Source: a virus (taxonomy: Duplodnaviria; Caudoviricetes). Taken from it: a DNA stretch of 64,000 nucleotides. Location of the stretch: the IMG/VR virus record IMGVR_UViG_3300026549_000036. One strand, 5' to 3'. Within the stretch, counting starts at the first letter, position 1. Every line of letters begins with the position of its first letter. The notes beneath the pieces were generated by a model, which saw only the letters and a program-made list of their open reading frames with translations, did not search any database and was not told where the DNA came from. A program made the position numbers and the translations under genes. Of this stretch, positions 1 through 11,408 are shown piece after piece.

Positions 1-324
1 GGTCATAAGGTCGCATCTGAACTAACCAATGTTCTCACGAAGACCCCGATTTTCATTGAAAAGAACACATTTGGTTTCACTGGTTGGAAGGAAATCCTTG
101 GAACGGCTGATGACATTGATGTGATTTACATTATGGGAACTGTGAACCCGATTTGTCCGGTCGCAAATGCTATCGGTCTCCGAGCACTTTATCCGAACAA
201 GCGAATTATTGTGGACTATGCTGGTTGTGGTTTTATGGCAGACGATAAGGGTGACGAAACCTTCTGCCGAGCAGCTACGAAGTATGTTCTCAATATGCAG
301 CAGATTGACGTCATCAATGACTAA
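1..324 (+). CDS. Isochorismatase/nicotinamidase (PncA-like) cysteine hydrolase, 5' truncated by window edge
   Basis: Frame open from base 1: ...IEKNTFGF...YIMGTVNPICPVANAIGLRALYPNKRIIVDYAGCG, matching the KxTFG and G-x-x-T-D-I-C-V-x-x-N-A motifs of the family; directly upstream of nadE. Confidence 0.7.
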   Translation, partial: GHKVASELTNVLTKTPIFIEKNTFGFTGWKEILGTADDIDVIYIMGTVNPICPVANAIGLRALYPNKRIIVDYAGCGFMADDKGDETFCRAATKYVLNMQQIDVIND

Positions 325-357
325 CCACTAACAACAAACTAATAAGGAAAAACAACT

Positions 358-1140
358 ATGGAAAATACTGAACTCAATGAAAAGCTTCATACACAGGCCG
401 TTGAATGGATCCGCGACTATATGAAATCTACTGGTGGACGAAAGGCCGTCATTGGTATTTCGGGTGGTAAGGATTCCACTGTGGCAGCTGCTCTATGTGT
501 TGAAGCTCTCGGAAAAGAAAACGTCATTGGTGTAATGATGCCAAATGGTGTTCAGTCCGACATTAAGGACTCTGAAAAGATTATTGACTTCCTGGGAATT
601 AAGGGTTTGGTTGTAAACATTCAGTACGCATACTTGAACCTGGTGAACCAGATTAACGAAAAGAACATTTCTAGCCAGGCGCAGATCAATATGCCACCGC
701 GTTTGAGAATGACTGTTCTCTATGGTGTTGCCCAGAACATTGGTGGACGTGTTGTGAACACTTGTAATCTTTCGGAAGATACTGTTGGTTATGCTACCCT
801 TTATGGTGACAGTGCCGGCGACTTCAGCCCTCTCGCTCGTCTGACAACTGAAGAAATTGTTGGCATTGGTGATGCCCTTGGCCTTCCGCATGACCTTGTT
901 CACAAAACCCCGAGTGATGGTCTGTGTGGTTTGACCGATGAAGATAATCTCGGTTTCACTTATCACGAAATTAACGAACTTGTTCGTAATGGTGTGAAGG
1001 GTCCGCACTATGACGAAATTATCAAGAAGTACAAGGCAAACAAGTTCAAGACTGATATTATTCGTATTCCAGCTTTTGAACCGACAAACCCGATTCTTCC
1101 TAACTACATTCACGAACTTGATAACGCAGGAGCAATCTAA
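358..1140 (+). CDS. nadE: NH3-dependent NAD+ synthetase
   Basis: VIGISGGKDSTV PP-loop, N..PRLRMTVLY, GYATLYGDSAGDFSPL, KTPSDGL, DEDNLGFTY. Confidence 0.95.
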   Translation: MENTELNEKLHTQAVEWIRDYMKSTGGRKAVIGISGGKDSTVAAALCVEALGKENVIGVMMPNGVQSDIKDSEKIIDFLGIKGLVVNIQYAYLNLVNQINEKNISSQAQINMPPRLRMTVLYGVAQNIGGRVVNTCNLSEDTVGYATLYGDSAGDFSPLARLTTEEIVGIGDALGLPHDLVHKTPSDGLCGLTDEDNLGFTYHEINELVRNGVKGPHYDEIIKKYKANKFKTDIIRIPAFEPTNPILPNYIHELDNAGAI

Positions 1141-1424
1141 TGCAAATTAAAGACTTTATTGACATTTCAACAAAAGCAGGTTGTAAGATTGGAAGTAAAA
1201 CAGACTTCCGTAATAACAGCACAATTTACACAGTTGAATACAACGGTAGGACTTATGCTACGGCTAAATGGTTTGAGTCAGACAAGAAAATGTCTGTGAC
1301 ATTTAGGGATGAGTATCTCAAGTGGTATCAGACCATCTTTATTTCACAGTATGGTTGGATTGAAAAGAAATCTGACTATGCTGAAAAATTGGCAAGGGTC
1401 ATCAAACAAAATAACAAGGAGTAA
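1140..1424 (+). CDS. hypothetical protein
   Basis: TAATG-coupled to nadE. Confidence 0.6.
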   Translation: MQIKDFIDISTKAGCKIGSKTDFRNNSTIYTVEYNGRTYATAKWFESDKKMSVTFRDEYLKWYQTIFISQYGWIEKKSDYAEKLARVIKQNNKE

Positions 1425-1428
1425 TAAA

Positions 1429-1731
1429 ATGAAGAAGTCAAATACTGTTCCCGCTACTAATGAACGATTTGCAGTTGTATGGAATTGGGAATCTGATATT
1501 AAGATTCTTTTCGTAGAAAATACACTTGACGAAGCTATCGCAAAGTTCAAGAAGAAGTTGAAGCCATTCCTTAAAGACAATGAAGGAATTGAAGGTAAAT
1601 TTGATATGGAAACCTACATTAAGGAACACCAAGACCAATGTTCCGAAAGTCGCCAGGGTGGAAAAATTCCTTATATGTTTGATTATAACGATGGCGAAAT
1701 GATTACCATCATTCAAAAGATTAAGGTCTAA
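1429..1731 (+). CDS. hypothetical protein
   Basis: AAGGAG RBS before ATG 1429 (track start 1309 probably too long). Confidence 0.6.
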   Translation: MKKSNTVPATNERFAVVWNWESDIKILFVENTLDEAIAKFKKKLKPFLKDNEGIEGKFDMETYIKEHQDQCSESRQGGKIPYMFDYNDGEMITIIQKIKV

Positions 1732-1745
1732 AGGAGAAATAAACT

Positions 1746-2133
1746 ATGGGGCTTTCTTCACTCAGTTGGCTTGTATTGGCGGGTAGTGTGTCACAGCATT
1801 GGTATCGCATTTATCCTTATGGCAGTTATCGCATTTATCATTGGCGGTTTGTTTGTGATAAACTTCTTTGATACTGGTGATAAAGAAAAACAGCAATTCA
1901 GTCATCGTGCTGGTATTATTGCGTGGGTGTTCACTCTCGTTTTCGCCACGATTGGTGCTTTAATGCCGAGTGAGAAGGCCGTTTATATGGTTGCTGGTAT
2001 TGAATTGGTGAACCAGTTCAGTAAGACAGAAACTGCTAAGGAACTCGGTGATAGCGGGATGTCTATCGTTAAAGACATTACTCAGATTATCCACAATTAC
2101 ACTATTGACGATGACCGTGACAGGAGAAGATAA
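1746..2133 (+). pseudogene. Membrane protein (paralog of 27445..27858) with apparent +1 frameshift near 1785
   Basis: AGGAGA RBS + ATG 1746; removing one base gives MGLSSLSWLVLAGVCHSIG..., which aligns with FVYLGGVSQ of the paralog; both share P-x-K-x-x-x-Y-M-x-A and [IV]KD. Confidence 0.55.
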
Positions 2134-2135
2134 TT

Positions 2136-2597
2136 ATGGATAAGAAAACTGCTATTAAGCAAATTACCAAAATGGCAAAAAGCGACCCACAGAAATATGA
2201 CCTGTCAAAGCTCAATGATGCCATTGAAATGATTAACAACGCAAAGGACGTAGATGCTCTTTTGATTTTGGGTAAACCACAGGATGCTATTCTCCGTCCT
2301 AATTTGTATAATTTCGCCCAAGACGAAGTTGACAAAATGAGAGAAGCCATTGAAAATGCAGGATTTGCAGTCAAAGAAGTTCAACGAATGAAACAGGACG
2401 AAAACGGCCGAGACGATTATGCATTTGTTCTAAAAGACGAAGATAAGAAGGTTGTTTGGATTTGTAAAATGCGTCCAATGTGGAATGATGGTGATTATAA
2501 CCTTCTCGCAGTTGGTTTGAATTTCCCTGCATTGTCATTCCAGACTATGGATGAACTTATTGAAAAGACAGTTAGTATGCTTAAAAGGAATGATTAA
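2136..2597 (+). CDS. hypothetical protein
   Basis: 153-aa ORF with RBS. Confidence 0.6.
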   Translation: MDKKTAIKQITKMAKSDPQKYDLSKLNDAIEMINNAKDVDALLILGKPQDAILRPNLYNFAQDEVDKMREAIENAGFAVKEVQRMKQDENGRDDYAFVLKDEDKKVVWICKMRPMWNDGDYNLLAVGLNFPALSFQTMDELIEKTVSMLKRND

Positions 2598-2598
2598 A

Positions 2599-2832
2599 AT
2601 GAAGAAGTTAATGATTAGTTTGGCAATTCTCGCATCCGTCGCATTTGCTGCTGACAAGACTGTGTTTGACATTTGTAATGACAAAACTTGTTACACACAA
2701 ATTCTTGAAAATGTAAAGAGCTGGGAATGGAAAACAGATAATGCTGGCAATAAATTTGTTCGCATTTATTTCTATGACAAAAAGGTTCTTGACATTACTG
2801 GACGAGAACTAACAGTTAAAAAGAGAAAGTAA
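2599..2832 (+). CDS. small secreted protein
   Basis: MKKLMISLAILASVAFA signal peptide. Confidence 0.6.
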   Translation: MKKLMISLAILASVAFAADKTVFDICNDKTCYTQILENVKSWEWKTDNAGNKFVRIYFYDKKVLDITGRELTVKKRK

Positions 2833-2850
2833 TGATTGATAGAGAAATAA

Positions 2851-3357
2851 TTGGAGGACGGTACTGATATGGCTTATCCACGTAAGAAAATGACTATGGA
2901 CGATGCTATTAAGATAGCAAAGAAGAACGGTTACAAAATTCAGGGCAAAGCAAAACAGAAGCTCCCATCATTGTTGGGACCTGTATATGAACTCTTTGAA
3001 GGCAGAGAGTCAATGTTCAGGCGTATCATTAAGGACCTGAATTTCAAAGTAACAAAGCGCGGTGATTTCACTAGCGGTAATTTCTGTGACGAAGTTCACG
3101 ATAACAAAGAAATTACTATGATTATGATGAAGACTGAACCGTGTTTCTTCGGTCTGTTCAAGAATACAGAAGTATATATGCCAGCGGGATTTGAAGTCCG
3201 TCAAGGCGAATCTGAATACTACATTCACCACACAAAGAAGGACAACATTAAAATTACAACCTTCTCTCAGGGCGAAAAGCAGTTGAAGAAGTTGCTTAAG
3301 GACTATAAGAGATGCTTGGACGAACTGAAGATTAAGGAACTACAAGCGGATTTCTAA
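2851..3357 (+). CDS. DF-tail family protein
   Basis: ends KIKELQADF*; probable start 2869 after GGAGG. Confidence 0.7.
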   Translation: MEDGTDMAYPRKKMTMDDAIKIAKKNGYKIQGKAKQKLPSLLGPVYELFEGRESMFRRIIKDLNFKVTKRGDFTSGNFCDEVHDNKEITMIMMKTEPCFFGLFKNTEVYMPAGFEVRQGESEYYIHHTKKDNIKITTFSQGEKQLKKLLKDYKRCLDELKIKELQADF

Positions 3358-3358
3358 A

Positions 3359-4213
3359 ATGGATTTAGTTGATATACTCGGCAATACTTTTGATTATTTG
3401 TTAGAACTTCCTAACAGAGTTAAGAAGTGTGTTCACGAACAAGTTACACACGAAGGAAGGAATAATCTAATTGAATACAAACGAAAGAAAGCCATTATAG
3501 ACAAACTAAAAGAAAAGTACTGTTTGACTGGTATGGATAGTGAGTCATGGTGCAACATTGAGCTTGAATTCCAAGATAAAAAATGGAGTGTAATTTATTG
3601 CGAAAATGCATCTTCCAATATGGATGACCATCATTTCAGTTATATTCTTGATTTTCATTGGAAATGGCCTGAACCAACTGACCCAAATTCACGCTGGGCA
3701 TATTTGCCAAAAGATTGTCCAGACGATTATTATTTAACTTGGGATAACCCAGTACCAATTAGAGAAGATGCTACATTTGAAGAAGTAGAAGCAATTTTAC
3801 TTCGTTTAATGGAACGATTTAAAGAACTCAAATCTGAATACAAAGAAAAGAAAGCAGCAGATGATTTTGACCCAACTGCCGCCTTGTTTGAAAGTCTTAA
3901 ATCACATTATCATTTAATAGAACCTGAAAAATCTATAAATGCTACCAGATATGCTTACTCACCTGACATTAGATATTTCGTGATTTCGTATTGTAAAGCA
4001 CGAAACAAAATTTATGTTCCGTCTGGTCTGGAACAACAGGAAATAGTTTTGGGTGGTCTGGAAACATTTACATTACCCGATTGTTGGGAAATGAAGTGTA
4101 ATGAAGAAACTATATCTGCTACCACATTTGACGAATACAAAAAGTATCTTGATGGTATATTGAAACAGTACAAGAACCTAGAACAAAGTAAATGGGAAAA
4201 ATATGAACTATGA
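3359..4213 (+). CDS. Two-module protein with internal DF motif
   Basis: internal YKEKKAADDF followed by a second module. Confidence 0.6.
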   Translation: MDLVDILGNTFDYLLELPNRVKKCVHEQVTHEGRNNLIEYKRKKAIIDKLKEKYCLTGMDSESWCNIELEFQDKKWSVIYCENASSNMDDHHFSYILDFHWKWPEPTDPNSRWAYLPKDCPDDYYLTWDNPVPIREDATFEEVEAILLRLMERFKELKSEYKEKKAADDFDPTAALFESLKSHYHLIEPEKSINATRYAYSPDIRYFVISYCKARNKIYVPSGLEQQEIVLGGLETFTLPDCWEMKCNEETISATTFDEYKKYLDGILKQYKNLEQSKWEKYEL

Positions 4214-4749
4214 CCGATGAAGAAGTATTTGCCGAAAAAGAACTTAGAGAATGGGTATTAGACGATGTAATGAAGTGGCCTGAATGGCACGGTCTACAAA
4301 GTTTTTCAAACTATGAACCTGGATTTTTATTTAATACAAAATCAGGAGATTATAGTGTAACTAAATCTGTTGCATTAAGTGAGCATTTGCCTTCTACATA
4401 TATTTTTACTTGTAGTAGATTGTCATTTAATGAAGCAGACCCTTACTATGCTGATATTATACCGTTCCATTGGAGATTGAACAATGTTAAACAAATCTAT
4501 CAACTTGAATCTACAGTTGGTGAATCCAATAATTTTAAGAAGTTAATTACTGATAAAGATATTGTTCCTGTTTGCAAAGTTAAAATGAAAGAAATCGCAA
4601 AAGATTTTGACAAATACTATAAGTTCATACTCAGTCATGAAGATAAATTTGTAGAATGGAATAATATGCTTCTTGAAGCTAGAAAATTCTATGCTAAAAT
4701 CCAAAAGAACTTTAATGCGGAGTTAAGAGCGAATGGATATTTTAAGTGA
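4210..4749 (+). CDS. hypothetical protein
   Basis: ATGA-coupled ORF. Confidence 0.6.
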   Translation: MTDEEVFAEKELREWVLDDVMKWPEWHGLQSFSNYEPGFLFNTKSGDYSVTKSVALSEHLPSTYIFTCSRLSFNEADPYYADIIPFHWRLNNVKQIYQLESTVGESNNFKKLITDKDIVPVCKVKMKEIAKDFDKYYKFILSHEDKFVEWNNMLLEARKFYAKIQKNFNAELRANGYFK

Positions 4750-5173
4750 TATAATAGATTTTTTATTTAACCGCAAGAAAAAACAAAATGAAGAAATCCG
4801 AACTGCGATGGAAAAAATTACTCCATACAAGTTTTTTCAAGAATTAGCTGATTATGCTCAGTCATTAGGTTTCGCAGTCGCAGAAGGTATTAGAGATAGT
4901 GGTTTTTCTTTAGAAGAACCAAACTATGCTGCACATGGTATACAGTTTAGAATGTATGGAATGATTGTAGCAGTTGGTTTAAATACTATATTGACTGATC
5001 GTTATACTGCAGGAATCTATTTTACAAGTGGTAAAGAAAGTGGTGGATTTTCAGGACAATTCACAATTACTACTTTAAAAAAGTGTAAAGAAGATTTAGA
5101 TAAATTAGTAGTCAGACTAAAAGAAAATCATCAACAAATTAAATTAGATAGCATTAACGAAGATTTTGTATGA
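4733..5173 (+). CDS. DF-tail family protein
   Basis: ends KLDSINEDFV*. Confidence 0.7.
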   Translation: MDILSDIIDFLFNRKKKQNEEIRTAMEKITPYKFFQELADYAQSLGFAVAEGIRDSGFSLEEPNYAAHGIQFRMYGMIVAVGLNTILTDRYTAGIYFTSGKESGGFSGQFTITTLKKCKEDLDKLVVRLKENHQQIKLDSINEDFV

Positions 5174-5532
5174 CATTAGACGATTTTTTCCAACAGTTAC
5201 ACGATTTTGGTACTTCAATGAATTTGAATGCAGATGAATTGTATAGTGAACATTCACTTCAGTCCAAAATAAATCAAAATAAAGACTTCAAACCAGATTA
5301 TGTAAAGAACGGAATTGAACTTGATAACAAAGATTGCTATATAGTTTTTATTGCAGTCTATCAACGAGAAGAAAACCAAGTCCGATATATGAACTGTGAA
5401 CAACAATTAAGACTTTGTCAAGTAGACGAAGTAGGATTGGAACTGTGTAAACAGAGTATTATGGATGGTATCAGAATACGAAAAGAAGACCAGAACCAAT
5501 GCCGATTAGATAAAATTAACGATGATTTTTAA
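5170..5532 (+). CDS. DF-tail family protein
   Basis: ends RLDKINDDF*. Confidence 0.7.
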   Translation: MTLDDFFQQLHDFGTSMNLNADELYSEHSLQSKINQNKDFKPDYVKNGIELDNKDCYIVFIAVYQREENQVRYMNCEQQLRLCQVDEVGLELCKQSIMDGIRIRKEDQNQCRLDKINDDF

Positions 5533-5610
5533 GTTCAACTTAAAACAAAATTAGTAATTTACATATAGCCAAATGAGCTTTAAATTACTATATTAAAATT
5601 AAACAAAACA

Positions 5611-6975
5611 ATGGAGATTAAAAAACTTATGGACATTAAAAACTATATTGACTTTCTTTCACAGAATAAGACAGAACGTGAATGTGTAGCATTTGCGGAA
5701 CGTGAACTTCGTAATCACGGTTTCAAGTCTAATAAAGAATTTGCTGATTTGCAGAGCGGCGACAAGGTCTATTACAAGAATAAGGACAAGAATATCGCTG
5801 CTTTTATCATTGGTAAGCAAGGTATTCGTGAAAAGGGTTTGAATTTACTCGGTGCTCATATTGACTCCCCACGATTGGATGTAAAGACACAGCCGCTTTA
5901 CGAAGATACTGGTATGGGTTATTTTGACCTTCAGTATTATGGTGGCATTAAGAAGTACCAGTGGACTGCTCGTCCTCTCGCAATTCACGGTGTAGTTTGT
6001 AAGCTTGACGGAACAAAAATTCCAGTAAAGCTTGGCGATACTGGTAGTGGTTACACATTCTGTATCACTGACCTTCTTCCACATTTGGATAAGACCCAAG
6101 CTGACCGAAAGGCTAGTGAAACTATCAAGGGCGAAAAGTTGGATTTGCTTTTGGGAACTGTAAAGATTGAAAAGGGTGAAGACGAAGAAGACGAAAAGGA
6201 CCCGGTCAAGGCAAACATTCTCAAAATTCTTAAGGACCAATACAACATTGACGAAGACGATTTTCTTTCTGCTGAATTTGAAGTAGTTCCAGCGGGTGAT
6301 GCTACTTTCGTTGGTCTTGACAAATCTATGGTTGGTGGATATGGTCAGGATGACAGAGTTTGTGCTTGGACTTCTCTTATGGCTCTCATTGATGTAGCCG
6401 ACGAAAATGAAGTTCCTGAACGCACCAGTGGTTGTGTTCTTGTGGATAAGGAAGAAGTTGGTTCAATTTGTGCTACTGGTTCCGAATCCCGTTGGTTGGA
6501 AGATGTACTCGCAGATGTTACTGCACAACCTGACCACGTAGAATTTGGTCGCATTTTGGCAAACACTAATATGCTCAGCTCCGATGTGTCTGCCGCTTAT
6601 GACCCGCTCTATGGTGAAGTTTCTAACAAGGAAATGACCTGTAAGCTTGGTGGTGGTTTTATGCTTTCCAAGTATAATGGTGGTCGCGGTAAGGGTGGTG
6701 GCGCAGATGCTAACCCGGAATTTATCGCTGCCGTTCGTAAGACATTGAACGATGCTGGCACAAAGTATCAGTTTGATACTATGGGTAAGGTAGACGTTGG
6801 TGGTGGTGGCACGATTGCTTCTATCGTCTGCCGTTTGAACATCAATGTTATGGACGCTGGTGTTCCAGTGCTCAATATGCACAGTCCAATGGAAATCACC
6901 CACGTAGATGACATTACCAATACTTACGAAGGTTATAAGGCTTTCTTGAAGTCCGACCTTACGATTTTTGACTAA
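5611..6975 (+). CDS. M18 family aminopeptidase
   Basis: GAHIDSPRLDVK, QYYGGIKKYQW, GYGQDDRVC, DKEEVGS, SSDVSAAYDP, GGGGTI, MHSPME; probable start 5629 after GGAG. Confidence 0.93.
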   Translation: MEIKKLMDIKNYIDFLSQNKTERECVAFAERELRNHGFKSNKEFADLQSGDKVYYKNKDKNIAAFIIGKQGIREKGLNLLGAHIDSPRLDVKTQPLYEDTGMGYFDLQYYGGIKKYQWTARPLAIHGVVCKLDGTKIPVKLGDTGSGYTFCITDLLPHLDKTQADRKASETIKGEKLDLLLGTVKIEKGEDEEDEKDPVKANILKILKDQYNIDEDDFLSAEFEVVPAGDATFVGLDKSMVGGYGQDDRVCAWTSLMALIDVADENEVPERTSGCVLVDKEEVGSICATGSESRWLEDVLADVTAQPDHVEFGRILANTNMLSSDVSAAYDPLYGEVSNKEMTCKLGGGFMLSKYNGGRGKGGGADANPEFIAAVRKTLNDAGTKYQFDTMGKVDVGGGGTIASIVCRLNINVMDAGVPVLNMHSPMEITHVDDITNTYEGYKAFLKSDLTIFD

Positions 6976-7078
6976 CTGAAAACTCGGCATATACATACCT
7001 TATATGAAATGGTTATTTTCTTAAGTTTAAAATTTTGAAAATAATTATTTCATTTGATTTAATTTGTTATATTTGGAA

Positions 7079-7086
7079 TATAAATA
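7079..7086 (+). promoter_or_regulatory. T4-type late promoter-like TATAAATA
   Basis: exact octamer, intergenic, upstream of ORF 7124; chance hits are likely in AT-rich DNA. Confidence 0.35.
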
Positions 7087-7123
7087 AAACAAAATTGTTA
7101 AACCAATATATTGAGGTGAAAAT

Positions 7124-7339
7124 ATGCAAGATTACGAAGTTATTGAAGGTGAAGACATCCTTTCAAATAGTTTGAGAGCCATTAAGCAGTACATTCCACG
7201 CAAGTTGGATGAAGCTATTAAGCACGCTCCCACAGGAGATAAGTCTACCCCACAATATCAGTTGAACGCCGCATTTAATGAAGGTTATAAGAAGGCCCTT
7301 GAGGACCTCGCAACATTCATTAAAGCTATGGGTGTCTAA
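7124..7339 (+). CDS. hypothetical protein
   Basis: GAGGTG RBS. Confidence 0.6.
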   Translation: MQDYEVIEGEDILSNSLRAIKQYIPRKLDEAIKHAPTGDKSTPQYQLNAAFNEGYKKALEDLATFIKAMGV

Positions 7340-7345
7340 TAACAT

Positions 7346-7445
7346 TTGTTTGACTTAGCCCACTGTCAAACGAGGCATAATACACGAACGTGGTTATGTT
7401 TAAATTTTAGTGGGCATTGTGATACTGAATTCAGATCACAGAGGT
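7346..7445 (+). promoter_or_regulatory. Putative structured (pseudoknotted) 5' leader of hsp20
   Basis: stem 7346-54/7365-73; its loop GCCCACT pairs with AGTGGGC 7409-15; stem 7373-81/7393-7401; stem 7418-28/7431-40 abutting RBS GAGGT. Confidence 0.5.
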
Positions 7446-7451
7446 TAAAAA

Positions 7452-7922
7452 ATGATTAACACAAATAACATTTTTGGAAATCCACTTGAAGCTATGACGC
7501 AGCTTGAACAGGCTATGAATGGAATGTTCGGCGGTACGAAAGAAGCTCCAGTCATCAACACAAAGATTGATTTTCCGATTGACATTTATACTGAAGCAGA
7601 CGGCACATTAGTATTTGAAGTCGCTGTGGTTGGTATGGGTGCTGACGAAGTCAAGGTTACTGTAAAGAAGGAAAATGGTAGAAATACTCTTGCCATTAAG
7701 GCTCAACCAAAAGAATTGAGTGACGAAGACAAGAAGGCCATTGAAACTCGCAATTACGAAGGTGGAATTAAGAAGATTAAGAAGGCTACAAAGCTTGAAT
7801 TTTCTCGCTTGATTCCAATGAACTTTGATGTTGAAAAGACAACAAAGACAGTTGAAAATGGTCTTTTGACTATTCGTATTCCTGTTAAGGAAGAAGAAAA
7901 GCCAGTTGAAATTGAAATTTAG
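7452..7922 (+). CDS. Small heat shock protein (Hsp20/alpha-crystallin)
   Basis: FPIDIY..., F-x-R-x-I-P, ENGLLTIRIP. Confidence 0.88.
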   Translation: MINTNNIFGNPLEAMTQLEQAMNGMFGGTKEAPVINTKIDFPIDIYTEADGTLVFEVAVVGMGADEVKVTVKKENGRNTLAIKAQPKELSDEDKKAIETRNYEGGIKKIKKATKLEFSRLIPMNFDVEKTTKTVENGLLTIRIPVKEEEKPVEIEI

Positions 7923-7946
7923 TAATTAAGATTGGAACAAATTAAC

Positions 7947-9605
<1,659 letters not shown>

Positions 9606-9631
9606 ACTAAGTTTTACATTAAACAAAATAT

Positions 9632-9670
9632 AAAATCCTGTGGTCTAAATCCGCAGGATTTTTCTATATT
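9632..9670 (+). terminator. Terminator hairpin overlapping a TATATT promoter box
   Basis: AAAATCCTGTGG...CCGCAGGATTTT (one G.U pair) + T-run + CTATATT; TGTAAA-N6-TTTACA at 9601-9618. Confidence 0.6.
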
Positions 9671-9693
9671 TAAATGGAACTAAAGGAGCTTTT

Positions 9694-10053
9694 ATGAAAC
9701 TAACTGTTGAAAATGCGGTTGAGATTGCGAAAAAATATAACTTCGCTTATGACGAAGATTTAGGGGAAATTGTTATTCCTAGTAATATATGGATTGATGA
9801 TGACGATTTGGGTTTTATGCGACTTGAAACTGGTATTGATGGTCTTGAATTTAATTGTGCTTATGAATTTGGAATTACAGCACTGAAAAGTGGCAAATTT
9901 GGGTTTCATACTTCTACATTTAGGAACATTACAACAACAGAAGAATTTGAAGAAAACATTAAAAACTTTTTGTATTTAATTGAATTAGCAAAACCACTTG
10001 AAAAGAAATATGCTGAACAAGTTAAACTGAATAAGATTAGTGGAGATTTCTAA
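9694..10053 (+). CDS. DF-tail family protein
   Basis: ends KLNKISGDF*. Confidence 0.7.
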   Translation: MKLTVENAVEIAKKYNFAYDEDLGEIVIPSNIWIDDDDLGFMRLETGIDGLEFNCAYEFGITALKSGKFGFHTSTFRNITTTEEFEENIKNFLYLIELAKPLEKKYAEQVKLNKISGDF

Positions 10054-10346
10054 TGGTTGAAAATCCTGTAGCAGAACAAAGATTACGAACAATGTGTATG
10101 AACTGGTGTTTCTTACAGGACCACACATTTTTATCTAAGTTGGATTTGAACGGCTATAAGAAAATGCGATTTGATTTATACAAGAAACTAATTAGTCATC
10201 CACAGTATGAAACATTAGTTAAACCGGCTTTTGAAGAATTTAAAAAATCTGATGGTTGTGAAAAAGCATTCAACAAATGCCAAACATTTGTGTTTAAACT
10301 AATGGATTTGATTAGCAGAGAAGATAAAATTGTTGAGGATTTTTAA
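10053..10346 (+). CDS. DF-tail family protein
   Basis: ends REDKIVEDF*. Confidence 0.7.
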   Translation: MVENPVAEQRLRTMCMNWCFLQDHTFLSKLDLNGYKKMRFDLYKKLISHPQYETLVKPAFEEFKKSDGCEKAFNKCQTFVFKLMDLISREDKIVEDF

Positions 10347-10720
10347 TGCTTACTCCTTGCGAAGCTATTGATGTTGTTCGTAAACTATCTGGGTTTATGT
10401 ATTTTGACTTAGACGGGTTTCTTCCGACTGATCCTACTTTGTTTGCTATTACTTTACATGACCCAGATTTTTATGCAAGTGCTACTGTAATTGAGTATCA
10501 GTTTGATAAAACAACAAATGATTTAACTAAATGCCACAGCAGAAAAATTTTTAATTTATTCTTTGTTTTAAAGGATAAAATCTATTCTAGTTTTAATCCC
10601 GAAGACATTACGATAAATAATAAAGATGATTTAGAAAAGTTTTTATTAGATATTAAATATAAATTAAAACTTGCTAAAGAAGAATTGAGACTGTCTAGAC
10701 TTAAAAAGGATTTTGAATGA
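10346..10720 (+). CDS. DF-tail family protein
   Basis: ends RLSRLKKDFE*. Confidence 0.7.
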   Translation: MLTPCEAIDVVRKLSGFMYFDLDGFLPTDPTLFAITLHDPDFYASATVIEYQFDKTTNDLTKCHSRKIFNLFFVLKDKIYSSFNPEDITINNKDDLEKFLLDIKYKLKLAKEELRLSRLKKDFE

Positions 10721-11148
10721 TTACAGTTAATGAATTTAAACAATTAGCGGCTGATACAGGTTTAATGTTTTGGGAAAACGAAGCATTATTTTATAAGAGA
10801 GAAACAACCTATTATCTAAGTTATCCAATGCCAATGTTTAGAGAGAATTGTGAAGATGATGAAGATTACAAAATGAAAAGTGCTGTAATCAGTTTAGCAC
10901 CATACAAAGACCCACCTGAAATTTATATTTATGGTAATATACTTTACGATTTTGACCATCTTGATAAACTGGTTGAAGGTAAAGAAATTTACTGTTACAA
11001 TATGATTTCTGCTTTGGAATACGATGACGGACTACAATGGAACAATAAAACTTATGAAGAAATTAGGGACGAAGTTCTAAAAGTAAAGAAAATGATTTTT
11101 GATAAACAACAGGAAATAAATCTTGAAAAAATAAAAGGAGATTTCTAA
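10717..11148 (+). CDS. DF-tail family protein
   Basis: ends NLEKIKGDF*. Confidence 0.7.
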   Translation: MITVNEFKQLAADTGLMFWENEALFYKRETTYYLSYPMPMFRENCEDDEDYKMKSAVISLAPYKDPPEIYIYGNILYDFDHLDKLVEGKEIYCYNMISALEYDDGLQWNNKTYEEIRDEVLKVKKMIFDKQQEINLEKIKGDF

Positions 11149-11308
11149 AATGTTAAAATCCCATTTTTGCCATACCAGAGAAGAAGTTGCCCGTTACATT
11201 AACGAACAGAAAATTAAACGAGAACAAATCCAAAGTATTATTTGGATGGACAGTCAAAAAGGTTTCGCTGTGTTTTATTGGGAAAATACCCAATTATTGA
11301 ACGAATAA

Positions 11309-11374
11309 TGTAAAGAAAATTTTACAATTTTTTCCACAGTTCCCATTGACAAACAATGGGAATTTTTCTATATT
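11309..11374 (+). promoter_or_regulatory. Promoter module (palindrome + sigma70-type promoter)
   Basis: TGTAAA-GAAAAT-TTTACA 11309-26, TTGACA 11346, 17-bp spacer, TATATT 11369. Confidence 0.85.
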
Positions 11375-11408
11375 TACTTATGTAAACGATAAAACAAGAG
11401 GTAACAAT

